Origin: Candidatus Alectryobacillus sp.
GTDB taxonomy: Bacteria > Bacillota_I > Bacilli_A > RFN20 > CAG-826
Reading direction: 5' to 3'
DNA: 64,000 nucleotides
Assembly (NCBI GenBank): GCA_036735985.1
Contig: DAINNH010000001.1
Coordinates: forward strand, 39,735-103,734
The notes under the pieces: generated by a model
Database searches by the model: none
What the model was told of the DNA's origin: nothing
What the model saw: the letters and a program-made list of their open reading frames with translations, nothing else
Translations under genes and position numbers: made by a program
Part shown: piece by piece, positions 37,043-50,313 of the stretch
Numbering within the stretch: the first letter of the stretch is position 1
Layout of the letters: each line of letters opens with the position of its first letter

Positions 37043-37793
37043 CATTTTGTTTTGTTTCGCCAACTACTTTTGGTTCAGTTGTAACAGCGTATGTAACGGC
37101 GCCATTATTAGATTTAAAATTTGCTAAATTATCAAACTTTACATTATCAAGATTCTTTTCATAAATAGAAATTGATAGCTTTAATAATCGATATTTACGA
37201 GCTAAAAAACCTTGAATTGTAAACATATACCATCCTAATCCAATAACAAAAGCTGGTGCAAAGATATAAGATCCAATCGCTTGAACTTCAAAATGTGGAG
37301 CTTGTAATAGTGGAGCCCATCCCGATATCAAAGTTATACCAAAAAAATTAGCAGTTGGGGCTTTAGAATAATCCCACAAATATAGAATCGTTGCAAATCC
37401 ATTGCCACCTTTATAAGAATTTGTAGTTCCTTCTATTAAAGTTCCGTAATCAGTAAATAAGCCTGCGAAATTCCAATTATTTTCAATGCCCATTGTAATT
37501 AATGCAACAATTAAAGAAGCAATTATAATTGTAAAAGGAATACGTGCATCAAAGTAAAATTGAACTCTATTTTTATAGTTTGCAACTTTTCTAAATTGTT
37601 TTGCATTTGTAATGACTCCGGTAACAACTGTATCGTGCATTAATTTATCGAGTTTTTTTGCTTGTAATTTAACTATTTTTTCAATTAATAAGGCTACGAA
37701 AACTGCAAAGGCAATTATTACAATAAGAACAAATACTAATGCAATAATAAATCTTTTATCGTTTTCTGTTAAAGCTAACAAAAAATTATACAT
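37026..37793 (-). CDS. Hypothetical multi-TM membrane protein (operon gene 3)
   Basis: 255 aa, N-terminal TM, ~3 further hydrophobic segments; 1 nt after upstream stop. Confidence 0.55.
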   Translation of the reverse strand: MYNFLLALTENDKRFIIALVFVLIVIIAFAVFVALLIEKIVKLQAKKLDKLMHDTVVTGVITNAKQFRKVANYKNRVQFYFDARIPFTIIIASLIVALITMGIENNWNFAGLFTDYGTLIEGTTNSYKGGNGFATILYLWDYSKAPTANFFGITLISGWAPLLQAPHFEVQAIGSYIFAPAFVIGLGWYMFTIQGFLARKYRLLKLSISIYEKNLDNVKFDNLANFKSNNGAVTYAVTTEPKVVGETKQNEKTEA

Positions 37794-37794
37794 A

Positions 37795-38310
37795 TTATTT
37801 TACCTCCTTATTGTCTTCAGAAGGTACATCAACTATATCAGGTTGTTTTTGTTCTATTTGTTGCGGTTCTGCATTATTTTCTATGGTTTTGGGAGCATGA
37901 TAATCAAGAGGATTGTTATTTTGATTATCAATAGCTTGTGGATTCGTGGTATTTGGAATTTGTCCTTTTAAAATATCTGCAGTATTAACATCTTTTCCAA
38001 CAAAATAATTATTTACAATTGTTTGTTGCGTTGAATTATTGGTTGTATTATTTTGCGTATTGTTCATAACAGGTTGAGATTGTTGATTGACTGCAGTATT
38101 GTTTTGAGCATTTACTAAATCTAGAACAACTTGATCTTCGGCCGTAAAGATAGACATTTTATCGCCTGTAAAGAATTTAATAATGGCAATAACCCACTCA
38201 ACAAGAAAAAGTCCAACTGAATAAACTGCAAAAAGAGCATATACGAGCACGATGAAAGGAGAACATATTACATAGGCTAATCCTTTAAAAAAAGTTTTAA
38301 AGAAGCTCAT
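37795..38310 (-). CDS. Hypothetical membrane protein with Asn/Gln-rich low-complexity tail (operon gene 2)
   Basis: 171 aa; hydrophobic hairpin aa ~10-48, then NAQNNTAVNQQSQPVMNNTQNNTTNNSTQQ...; 4-nt overlap with upstream gene. Confidence 0.5.
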   Translation of the reverse strand: MSFFKTFFKGLAYVICSPFIVLVYALFAVYSVGLFLVEWVIAIIKFFTGDKMSIFTAEDQVVLDLVNAQNNTAVNQQSQPVMNNTQNNTTNNSTQQTIVNNYFVGKDVNTADILKGQIPNTTNPQAIDNQNNNPLDYHAPKTIENNAEPQQIEQKQPDIVDVPSEDNKEVK

Positions 38311-39212
38311 TTTACTGTCCCCTTATCACGTTTTGTGATTAATAACATTATATACAATGCTACAACAAAAATCATTGTTTCAAATATTAATATTTGAAAT
38401 GGTTTTATTATTTGTGGTGAAAATATTAAGAAAAACATTATTGATAAAACGAATGAACCGCCAATTATCCCAATGGTTAGTGCACTAATGTTTTTAAATT
38501 TTGTAATTTCAAAAATAATTAGTGTAAGAGATATACAAAATAACAATATTGGAAGCATTCTTAATGCTGGAGTAAAAATAAAAATTATTGATAAAATATC
38601 TAATAGAATTGCAATGACTAACGATATTACATTGAAATCTTTGTCCAAAATAATTGAGATTTGTAGCGATTTTGCAATAATTATTGTAATTAAGACTGAT
38701 ATTGTAACTTGAACAAAACTTAAAAAGAAAACGAACGACGGCCCAATTTCAAAAATATAGTTAAATTTACTTAATCCAAAAGACGTAATTAAAATGTTTA
38801 ATACATCTATTTCATAAATAGCCTTGATGATAGGTAATGTTATATATGTTGTACTTAATGAAACGAGAGAACATAAAATCATTGTGTTCTGTAGGCTTAT
38901 TTTGTATTTTATACATATTCCAATAGCCAATCCTAAAACTAAAGAAGGTATTATATAAAATAAAGTGTTAGAAATATCACTGATATTCGTTAAAAAGCAT
39001 AAACCGGCTGCCACTATAAAGTAAAAAGGATAGTATTTTAAATCACAAAAAAGAGCCTCAACTACACTTATTGAAGGGAAAAATAATAAAAGATAAATAA
39101 AAGATCCAGGTACGAACCTAATAAATAATACAAAAACCACGTCAATTGCACATAGCAAAGCTATTAATGATATGTTGTGAATTGCATCATTTTTAAATTT
39201 AAATTTCGTCAT
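38307..39212 (-). CDS. Hypothetical polytopic membrane protein (operon gene 1)
   Basis: 301 aa, ~8-9 hydrophobic helices; TATAAT (39221-39226) 8 nt upstream of ATG, no SD. Confidence 0.55.
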   Translation of the reverse strand: MTKFKFKNDAIHNISLIALLCAIDVVFVLFIRFVPGSFIYLLLFFPSISVVEALFCDLKYYPFYFIVAAGLCFLTNISDISNTLFYIIPSLVLGLAIGICIKYKISLQNTMILCSLVSLSTTYITLPIIKAIYEIDVLNILITSFGLSKFNYIFEIGPSFVFFLSFVQVTISVLITIIIAKSLQISIILDKDFNVISLVIAILLDILSIIFIFTPALRMLPILLFCISLTLIIFEITKFKNISALTIGIIGGSFVLSIMFFLIFSPQIIKPFQILIFETMIFVVALYIMLLITKRDKGTVK

Positions 39213-39292
39213 ATGTAAATATTATACAAATATTCTTTTAAATATTAACTTTTATTAAAGATAACATGTAAACATGTTATAATTTTAGGGAT

Positions 39293-43520
<4,228 letters not shown>

Positions 43521-43534
43521 GTTAAGGAGATTAT

Positions 43535-43831
43535 ATGAAAGAAGTTAATGAAGCGGTCTTGAAAGATGCCGCGAACAGATTACTATTTGACATGTCAGAG
43601 GAACAATATAAAACATTGCTTGCTGAATTTGATGTCATGATTAAACAAATGAAATTGATTAGCCAAATCGACGGAATCGATGAAGCCGAACCTATGACTT
43701 TTCCTTTTGAATGTACAACAGATTATTTACGTGAAGATATTCCAGGAGAAACTTTATCAATTCAAGAAGTTCTCAAAAATGCGGGTTCTGTAGAGGATAA
43801 TCAAATTAAAATCCCAAAGGTGGTTAAATAG
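43535..43831 (+). CDS. gatC: Glu/Asp-tRNA amidotransferase subunit C
   Basis: 98 aa, position before gatA/gatB, LREDIP motif. Confidence 0.85.
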   Translation: MKEVNEAVLKDAANRLLFDMSEEQYKTLLAEFDVMIKQMKLISQIDGIDEAEPMTFPFECTTDYLREDIPGETLSIQEVLKNAGSVEDNQIKIPKVVK

Positions 43832-43832
43832 T

Positions 43833-45290
43833 ATGGATATTTTAGATATGACAATTGTCGATATTCATACTGCATTAGTTGAAGGGAAAATTACGGTTTT
43901 AGAATTGGTAAAAGAAGCTATTAAAAGAGCAAAAGAAGATACTAATAATGCCTTCGAGTATATTTGTGAAAAAGAAGCATTAGAATTTGCAGCTACTTTA
44001 ACAAGTGTTGAAAAAGATAATTATCTATATGGAATTCCTTTTTGTTTGAAAGATAATTTTTCTACCAAAGATATACAAACAACAGGATCATCTAACATTT
44101 TAAAAGATTATATTCCAGTATTCGATGCAACTGTTTGTAAAAAAATGAAAGAAGTAAAAGCAGTTTTAATTGGAAAAACAACTCTTGACGAGTTAGCAAT
44201 GGGCGGAACAGGTACTACAGGACATAAAGGTATTACCCATAACGCTTATAGTAAAGAAAGATTGTGTGGAGGCTCCTCTTGTGGTAGCGCCGAATGTGTT
44301 GCATCTTGCGTTGTTCCGTTAGCGCTTGGAAGTGATACTGGTGATTCGGTAAGAAAACCTGCATCTTATAATGGTATTGTTGGTATTAAGCCAACTTGGG
44401 GACGTATTTCTAGATATGGTTTATTCCCATTTGCTCCATCAATGGATCATGTAGGATATTTTACTCGTAGTGTTGAAGATAGCGCTATTGTCCTAAAAGT
44501 ATTAGCTGGTCGTGATTTGCTCGATGCAACTTCTTCTACTATTGATGTTCCAGATTATTTTAATAAGTTAAAATTAGAAAAATCTTCAAGAATCGCAGTC
44601 ATTCCTCAAATAATTGATTCAATTAAAGACAAAGAAATAAGAAATAAATTTGAATATTTATGCAATGATCTGAAATCAAAGGGTTTTTTTATTGACAATG
44701 TTAATATTGATATTAAATTATTGAAGGCAATTTTGCCAACGTACTTTATTATTTCTTGTGCTGAAGCAGGTAGTAATAATGCAAATCTTGATGGCATAAA
44801 ATTTGGTGCTCGTAAAGAAGGTGCCTCTTATGAAGAATTAATGAAAAACACAAGAACTGTTGGTTTTTCAGAATTAATCAAACGAAGATTTATTACTGGA
44901 AGTTTTGTTTTAATGAGCGAAAATCAATCTGAATTATTTATAAAAGCTCAAAAAACACGAAGATTAATTGTAAATGCCTTTAATAATGTTTTAAAAAGTT
45001 ATGATGGAATTTTACTTCCAGCAGCTCCAACAATTGCCCCTAAGTTTACTGATGCTTCCGATAAATTATCAGATGAGTATTTAATTGCGGATAACTATTT
45101 GGCCTATGGAAATTTTGCAGGCTTGCCATCAATTACCTTACCATTAGGTTTTAAAGACAATATGCCTTATGGTGTAAATTTGACATGTAAGGCTTTTGAT
45201 GAAGTAAATTTATTTGCAATTTCATCTTTAATTGAAAAAGAAACAGGGTATTATGATTTATCTGTAAATAATTATAAGGAGGGCAAATAA
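43833..45290 (+). CDS. gatA: Glu/Asp-tRNA amidotransferase subunit A
   Basis: Amidase signature GGSSCGSAECVAS..LGSDTGDSVRKPAS. Confidence 0.9.
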   Translation: MDILDMTIVDIHTALVEGKITVLELVKEAIKRAKEDTNNAFEYICEKEALEFAATLTSVEKDNYLYGIPFCLKDNFSTKDIQTTGSSNILKDYIPVFDATVCKKMKEVKAVLIGKTTLDELAMGGTGTTGHKGITHNAYSKERLCGGSSCGSAECVASCVVPLALGSDTGDSVRKPASYNGIVGIKPTWGRISRYGLFPFAPSMDHVGYFTRSVEDSAIVLKVLAGRDLLDATSSTIDVPDYFNKLKLEKSSRIAVIPQIIDSIKDKEIRNKFEYLCNDLKSKGFFIDNVNIDIKLLKAILPTYFIISCAEAGSNNANLDGIKFGARKEGASYEELMKNTRTVGFSELIKRRFITGSFVLMSENQSELFIKAQKTRRLIVNAFNNVLKSYDGILLPAAPTIAPKFTDASDKLSDEYLIADNYLAYGNFAGLPSITLPLGFKDNMPYGVNLTCKAFDEVNLFAISSLIEKETGYYDLSVNNYKEGK

Positions 45291-45291
45291 T

Positions 45292-46716
45292 ATGAATTTT
45301 GAAGCTGTTATAGGTCTTGAAATTCATGTTGAATTAAAGACAAGAGCTAAAATGTTCTCTTGGGCACCTAATGCTTTTTCTACTGAACATAATTGTAATG
45401 TTTGTGTGGTTGATATGGCATTTCCAGGCACAATGCCAACTGTTAATAAACAAGTTGTCATCGATGCTATTCGTGTTTGCAACGCACTTCATATGACAAT
45501 TGATGATACATTAACTTTTGAAAGAAAGAATTATTTTTATAGCGACCTTCCAAAGGGTTATCAAATAACACAACAATTTCATCCAATAGGAAGAGATGGC
45601 TATTTGATTCTTGATATGGACGGACAAAAAGTTAAGATCGAAATTGAAAGATTACATATGGAAGAAGACACGTGCAAACAGTTGCATTTAAGTGATCATA
45701 CTTTGCTTGATTACAATCGTGCGGGTGTTCCTTTAGTTGAAATTGTTTCGCGTCCACAAATTAAAAACGGAACCGAGGCGATGAAATATGTTGAAACTAT
45801 TCGAAATATTGTTACATATGCAGGTGTTAGTGATGGAAAAATGGAAGAAGGATCATTACGTTGCGACGTTAATGTTTCGATTCGTCCATGTGGCGCCGAG
45901 TATTTAGGAACGAAAGTCGAGATCAAAAATCTAAATTCAATTGCTAACGTTCAAAGAGCAATTGATTTTGAAATGGATAGGCAGGCAAGGCTTTTATTAA
46001 AAGGCCTCCCAGTTCGTCAAGAAACTCGACGTTTTGATGAGATGAAAAAAGAAACCGTTTTAATGAGAGTTAAAACAGATGCTGTTGACTATAAGTATTT
46101 TACCGAACCTAATATTGTTCCAATTAAATTATCAAAACAATTTATTGAGGATGCTATCAATTCATGTCCAGAACTTCTTGAACAAAAGAAAGAAAGATAT
46201 ATTACTAACTTTAATTTAACTCCATATGACGCTGATGTTTTATTAAGCAATAAAAAAGTTGCCCAGTATTTTGAAAACGTTTGTGCGTTTACAAAAGAAT
46301 ATAAATTAGCGGCAAACTGGATAAATGTCGATGTTAATGCATACTTAAATAAAAACAATTTGTCTATTGATGAATTTGAGATTGTACCAGAAGATTTAGC
46401 ATATTTAATAAACAATGTTGCCTCTGGAAAGATTAATTCAAAGATGGCTAGAGACTTATTTCAGAAATCTTTAAATGAGAATATTAGTCTTAAAAAACTC
46501 TGCGATTCGCAACCTAATGACACTATTAATGATGAAAATCAAATTCGTGAAATGGCAAAAGAAGTTATTAAAAATAATCCACAGATTGTTGCAGACTTCA
46601 AAGCTGGTAAAGATAGAGCACTTGGGTTTGTCGTAGGGCAAATAATGAAAGCCAGCAAAGGTAAAGCTAATCCAGTTGTTGCTAGTAGTATTTGTAAAGA
46701 AGAATTAAGTAAATAA
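45292..46716 (+). CDS. gatB: Glu/Asp-tRNA amidotransferase subunit B
   Basis: IGLEIHVEL, RKNYFYSDLPKGYQITQ, LHMEEDTCK, DYNRAGVPLVEIVS motifs. Confidence 0.95.
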   Translation: MNFEAVIGLEIHVELKTRAKMFSWAPNAFSTEHNCNVCVVDMAFPGTMPTVNKQVVIDAIRVCNALHMTIDDTLTFERKNYFYSDLPKGYQITQQFHPIGRDGYLILDMDGQKVKIEIERLHMEEDTCKQLHLSDHTLLDYNRAGVPLVEIVSRPQIKNGTEAMKYVETIRNIVTYAGVSDGKMEEGSLRCDVNVSIRPCGAEYLGTKVEIKNLNSIANVQRAIDFEMDRQARLLLKGLPVRQETRRFDEMKKETVLMRVKTDAVDYKYFTEPNIVPIKLSKQFIEDAINSCPELLEQKKERYITNFNLTPYDADVLLSNKKVAQYFENVCAFTKEYKLAANWINVDVNAYLNKNNLSIDEFEIVPEDLAYLINNVASGKINSKMARDLFQKSLNENISLKKLCDSQPNDTINDENQIREMAKEVIKNNPQIVADFKAGKDRALGFVVGQIMKASKGKANPVVASSICKEELSK

Positions 46717-46750
46717 CAAAAAACTTCACCTTTAGATGGTGAAGTTTTTA
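46717..46750. terminator. Bidirectional intrinsic terminator between gatB and degV
   Basis: A-run, stem CTTCACC / GGTGAAG (46724-46730 / 46738-46744), T-run. Confidence 0.7.
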
Positions 46751-47647
46751 TTCATTTTCTTCTTGTCCTACAAAGAATATTGATAACATTCCAGGACCAA
46801 CGTGAGCACCAATAACTGGCCCGACATTTGTAATAAATATATTTGGACACTTATCTTTAAATTTAAGCTCAAGTTTTTGCTTTATTAATAAAGCACCTTC
46901 AATATTATCAGCATTTCCAATCCAAATTTCATTTAAAGGGGCTACATTTCATTGATCATATTGTTCATAAAGCGTTTCTAAAAGCAAAGCAATAGCGTTT
47001 TTTGTGCCGCGTGCGGCTTTAAAAGGAATTAGACGTCCAAGAACGTCAATACGTAAGCAAGGCTTTAAATTTAACAATTTTGCAATTAAAGCTTTAGTTG
47101 CAGTTAATCGTCCACCACGTTGTAAAACCTTAATGTCATCAATTGTAAACAAACAATAAACGCGACTTTTCAATTTTTCAGCAAACGAAACAAGATCTTC
47201 AAATTTAATGTCTTTGTTATTAGCAAGTTTGTTAGCGACTTGATAAACATAAAACCCTTGCCCAACACATGCTAAAGCAGTATCGAGTACATATAATTCT
47301 GATTTTGGATATTTCGCATCTAGTTCTGCTTTTATATTTCTAATTGTATTATAAGATCCGCTTAAAGCACTTGAAAAAGACAAATAAAGCACTTTATAAC
47401 CATTTTGTATATATTTTTCAATAGTATTTCTAGAATCAGATGAAGAAAGCTGAGATGTCTTATATATCTTGCCTTCACGCATTAAATCATAAAATGTTTT
47501 TATGGTCATTGGAGGATTTAAAGGATCATCTTTATAAATATTATCTCCAGACATAAAAAAGATAGGCAAAACCTCAATATCAAATTTTTCTATTATTTCT
47601 TTAGTTAAATCACTACATGAATCAGTAATGATTTTGATTTTTTCCAT
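46748..47647 (-). pseudogene. degV: DegV-family fatty-acid-binding protein interrupted by one in-frame TGA
   Basis: ORF from ATG 47647 (MEKIKIITDSCSDL) stops at TGA 46949-46951; same frame continues 65 codons (NVAPLNEIWIGNADNIEG..ITNVGPVIGAHVGPGMLSIFF) = DegV C-terminus, to TAA 46748-46750. Confidence 0.75.
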
Positions 47648-47789
47648 GTTTAATATTTTACTATATTTAACGTTTTGTTTCAATCTATGATGTGTTTAAT
47701 TTTGAACAAAACCTTAAAAATTTATATGCATCTAGTTTTAAAAAAGACTATATTTGAAATTAATAACTAGATGTTTTATAATAAGAAAC

Positions 47790-48395
47790 ATGAAAAACAA
47801 AATTGATAGCATTAATGCTTGGTTAGATAAAATTGAAAAATCTTCAATCCCTGATTTCGACAAATTGCCTGAAGTAAAACTCTATATGAACCAATTGGTT
47901 GCGTATATTAACGAAATTTTGTCTCCATATACTTCTAAAGACCAAAAAGCTATAACTAGCTTCATGGTTAATAATTATGTGAAAGAAAAACTTATAGATC
48001 AACCTATAAATCGTAAATATAATCGTACTCAAATGGCTTATATTATTTCAATTTGTTTATTAAAACAAGTTGCCTCTATGGAGAATTTGCATGTTATTCT
48101 CGATAAAAAAAATGCTTCTATTAAAGGTAACGAATTATATTCTTTCTTTAAATCATGTGAAACTGAAACATTGGAAAGTGTATATCACAAAACTAAAATG
48201 CGTGTTGAGGCTGTTGAAAAGAAATATAAATCTGATATTACTAAATGTCATAATAAACCTGAACTTTTGAATAAAGTTAATAATCATTTAAATATTCAAT
48301 TGGTTTATATAGCATTTAAGTTGATGGTTGAAGCACAAATTAATAAATTCTTTGCTGAAAAAATACTTGAAGAAGTATTAGGCAAAGATAAGTAG
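47790..48395 (+). CDS. DUF1836-family protein (typical degV neighbour)
   Basis: LPEVKLYMNQLVAYINEIL..ITSFMVNNYVKEKLI pattern; divergent from degV; ATG 47790 with TATAAT 7 nt upstream preferred over track TTG 47754. Confidence 0.65.
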   Translation: MKNKIDSINAWLDKIEKSSIPDFDKLPEVKLYMNQLVAYINEILSPYTSKDQKAITSFMVNNYVKEKLIDQPINRKYNRTQMAYIISICLLKQVASMENLHVILDKKNASIKGNELYSFFKSCETETLESVYHKTKMRVEAVEKKYKSDITKCHNKPELLNKVNNHLNIQLVYIAFKLMVEAQINKFFAEKILEEVLGKDK

Positions 48396-48398
48396 AAA

Positions 48399-48426
48399 TA
48401 ATCTTGGCTGTGCCAAGATTTTTTCT
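48399..48426 (+). terminator. Intrinsic terminator
   Basis: Stem ATCTTGGC / GCCAAGAT (48401-48408 / 48412-48419), 3-nt loop, T-run. Confidence 0.65.
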
Positions 48427-48523
48427 TTCTTTTTAATGATAGATTAATATAAATATTAATCTTTTTGAGTGGAAAAGGGATGTCTATTATGTAATAATTG
48501 TAATGGTCATAGGAGGAGCATTT

Positions 48524-49540
48524 ATGGAAATTTTAGTGACTGGTGGTACTGGCTATATAGGTTCACATACTGTTATCGAATTAATTAAAGCTGGTTATAC
48601 TCCAATTATTGTTGATGATCTCGTAAATTCTTGCGAAGAAGTTTTAAATCGTATTGAAAAAATTTCAGGTGTTAGACCAGAATTTCACAATATAGATGTC
48701 CGTGATGAAAAGAAATTAGATCAAATCTTTAAAAAACATCACTTTGAAGTTGTTATTCACTTTGCGGGTCTTAAAGCTGTTGGTGAATCTGTTTCAAAGC
48801 CTATTGAATATTATGATAACAATATTAATTCAACCATTTCTCTTGTTAACTGCATGTTAAAGAATGGTGTTAATAAGATTATTTTTTCTTCAAGTGCTAC
48901 TGTTTATGGTACTCCAGAAAGAGTTCCTGTTACCGAAGAGGATCCTGTAAAACATGCGACAAATCCTTATGGCGAAACGAAGATTATTATTGAGCAATTG
49001 TTACAAAGCGTTGCTTTTGCGAATAAAGGTTTTAATGTTTGTTTGTTAAGATACTTTAATCCAATTGGCGCACATGAATCTGGCTTAATGGGTGAGGATC
49101 CACAAGGTATTCCAAACAATTTAATGCCATATATTACACAAGTTGCTGTTGGAAAATTACCTGTTTTAAGTATCTATGGTAACGATTATCCAACACCAGA
49201 TGGAACTTGTATTCGTGACTATATTCACGTTGTTGATTTAGCAACTGGACATGTTGCTGCGATTAAGAAAATTCTTACAAATCCTGGTGTTTGTATTTAC
49301 AATTTAGGCACTGGAAAAGGCACATCTGTTTATGAATTGGTTCATGCTTTTGAAGAGGCCAATCATATTAAAATTAATACTAAATTGGCTCCTCGTCGTG
49401 CAGGAGATGTTCCTGAGAATTATGCTAAATGTGATAAGGCGTTTAATGAATTAGGATGGAAAGCAACTCATACAATTGTCGATTCCTGTCGTGATTCTTG
49501 GAATTGGCAAAGCCATAATCCTCAAGGTTATAAGAAATAA
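48524..49540 (+). CDS. galE: UDP-glucose 4-epimerase
   Basis: ILVTGGTGYIGSH, SSSATVYG, NPYGETK (YxxxK), RDYIHVVDLA; ATG 48524 with AGGAGG upstream. Confidence 0.9.
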   Translation: MEILVTGGTGYIGSHTVIELIKAGYTPIIVDDLVNSCEEVLNRIEKISGVRPEFHNIDVRDEKKLDQIFKKHHFEVVIHFAGLKAVGESVSKPIEYYDNNINSTISLVNCMLKNGVNKIIFSSSATVYGTPERVPVTEEDPVKHATNPYGETKIIIEQLLQSVAFANKGFNVCLLRYFNPIGAHESGLMGEDPQGIPNNLMPYITQVAVGKLPVLSIYGNDYPTPDGTCIRDYIHVVDLATGHVAAIKKILTNPGVCIYNLGTGKGTSVYELVHAFEEANHIKINTKLAPRRAGDVPENYAKCDKAFNELGWKATHTIVDSCRDSWNWQSHNPQGYKK

Positions 49541-49543
49541 CTT

Positions 49544-50011
49544 ATGAAGAAGTTGATAATATTAACCGCAATTCCTGGTGCCGGAAAATCAACTTGGGCA
49601 AATCAATTTATTTTAAATAATAAAAACAGTTACATTGTCTCAAGTGATGAAATCCGCAAGGAAATAGGCGGCAGTTATCAGTACTTTAAAGAAGAAGATC
49701 GTGTTTGGAAATTGTTTCTTGAACGAACTCATTCTTATGCTAAACTTGATGACGTCAATGTTATATTAGATTCTACTAATCTTAACGATTATTATCGTAT
49801 GATGTATTTAAATGAAACTCCTGATTTTGATAAACATGTTCTTGTTTATTTAGATTGTCCTTATGAGCTTGCTTTAAAGAGAAACTTTGCTCGTCATGAT
49901 GAAAAGATTGTTCCATTAGAAGCTATGGAAAAGATGAAAAATCTTTTTGAAGTTCCTAGTGATAAGATAATTAAATTATTCGATGAATATTTAATTGTTA
50001 AAGAACGATAA
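49544..50011 (+). CDS. Small P-loop kinase, polynucleotide-kinase-like (AAA_33 type)
   Basis: Walker A TAIPGAGKST followed by IVSSDEIRKE (SSD..R as in polynucleotide 5'-kinase domains); 155 aa. Confidence 0.55.
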   Translation: MKKLIILTAIPGAGKSTWANQFILNNKNSYIVSSDEIRKEIGGSYQYFKEEDRVWKLFLERTHSYAKLDDVNVILDSTNLNDYYRMMYLNETPDFDKHVLVYLDCPYELALKRNFARHDEKIVPLEAMEKMKNLFEVPSDKIIKLFDEYLIVKER

Positions 50012-50021
50012 ATCTCTATAG

Positions 50022-50096
50022 TGCCCTGTGGGCAAGTGGTAAGCCAGGTGGCTCTGAACCACCGATTCCCAGGTCCGAATCCTGGCAGGGCAGCCA
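50022..50096 (+). tRNA. tRNA-Gln (anticodon CTG) with non-canonical T-loop
   Basis: Acceptor TGCCCTG/CAGGGCA (U1-A72), anticodon arm GGTGG-CTCTGAA-CCACC, T-arm CCAGG-TCCGAAT-CCTGG (C instead of U at position 55), encoded CCA. Confidence 0.8.
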
Positions 50097-50111
50097 CAAA
50101 GATTACAATTC

Positions 50112-50158
50112 CCCTCTATTATGGATTTGTGTCCAAAATAGAGGGTTTTTGTTTTTTT
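50112..50158 (+). terminator. Intrinsic terminator after tRNA-Gln
   Basis: Stem CCCTCTATT / AATAGAGGG (50112-50120 / 50137-50145), 16-nt loop, long T-run. Confidence 0.6.
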
Positions 50159-50313
50159 AAAAAAACCATGCAAATTGCAAATAAAAGAGAAAAAACTCTC
50201 AAAAAGGATAGTTTTGTTTTAATTTAAATTAATGAATTGGAAAAATTTCTCGTGTAATTTTTGCTAAAAAATAGATATAATAATAATAGATTTATTAATA
50301 GGAGATAATTCAC

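Noticed and set aside
39261-39280. Reading the pcrA-promoter palindrome as a LexA/SOS (Cheo) box
   Set aside because: The Bacillota LexA consensus is GAAC-N4-GTTC. This site has AACATGT/ACATGTT arms with different spacing and no GAAC/GTTC cores. It is kept only as an unassigned operator candidate.
46949-46951. Genome-wide TGA=Trp (translation table 4) as the explanation for the in-frame TGA in degV
   Set aside because: TGA terminates several well-supported genes directly next to the following start or further stops. Examples are comEB 7012-7014, ecfT 9564-9566, mgtE 14511-14513, 15356-15358 (followed by TGA TAG), 27510-27512, and queT 52224-52226. Trp is TGG throughout, and no other conserved gene in the 64 kb is split by TGA.
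46949-46951. Selenocysteine insertion at the degV TGA
   Set aside because: DegV is not a known selenoprotein family. The position aligns to a variable linker, and I see no obvious stem-loop immediately downstream of the TGA on the coding strand.
48443-48460. 18-bp perfect palindrome ATTAATAT-AA-ATATTAAT upstream of galE as an operator
   Set aside because: It is composed solely of A and T in an AT-rich spacer. Palindromes of this kind are expected frequently by chance, and it has no positional relation to a recognisable promoter.
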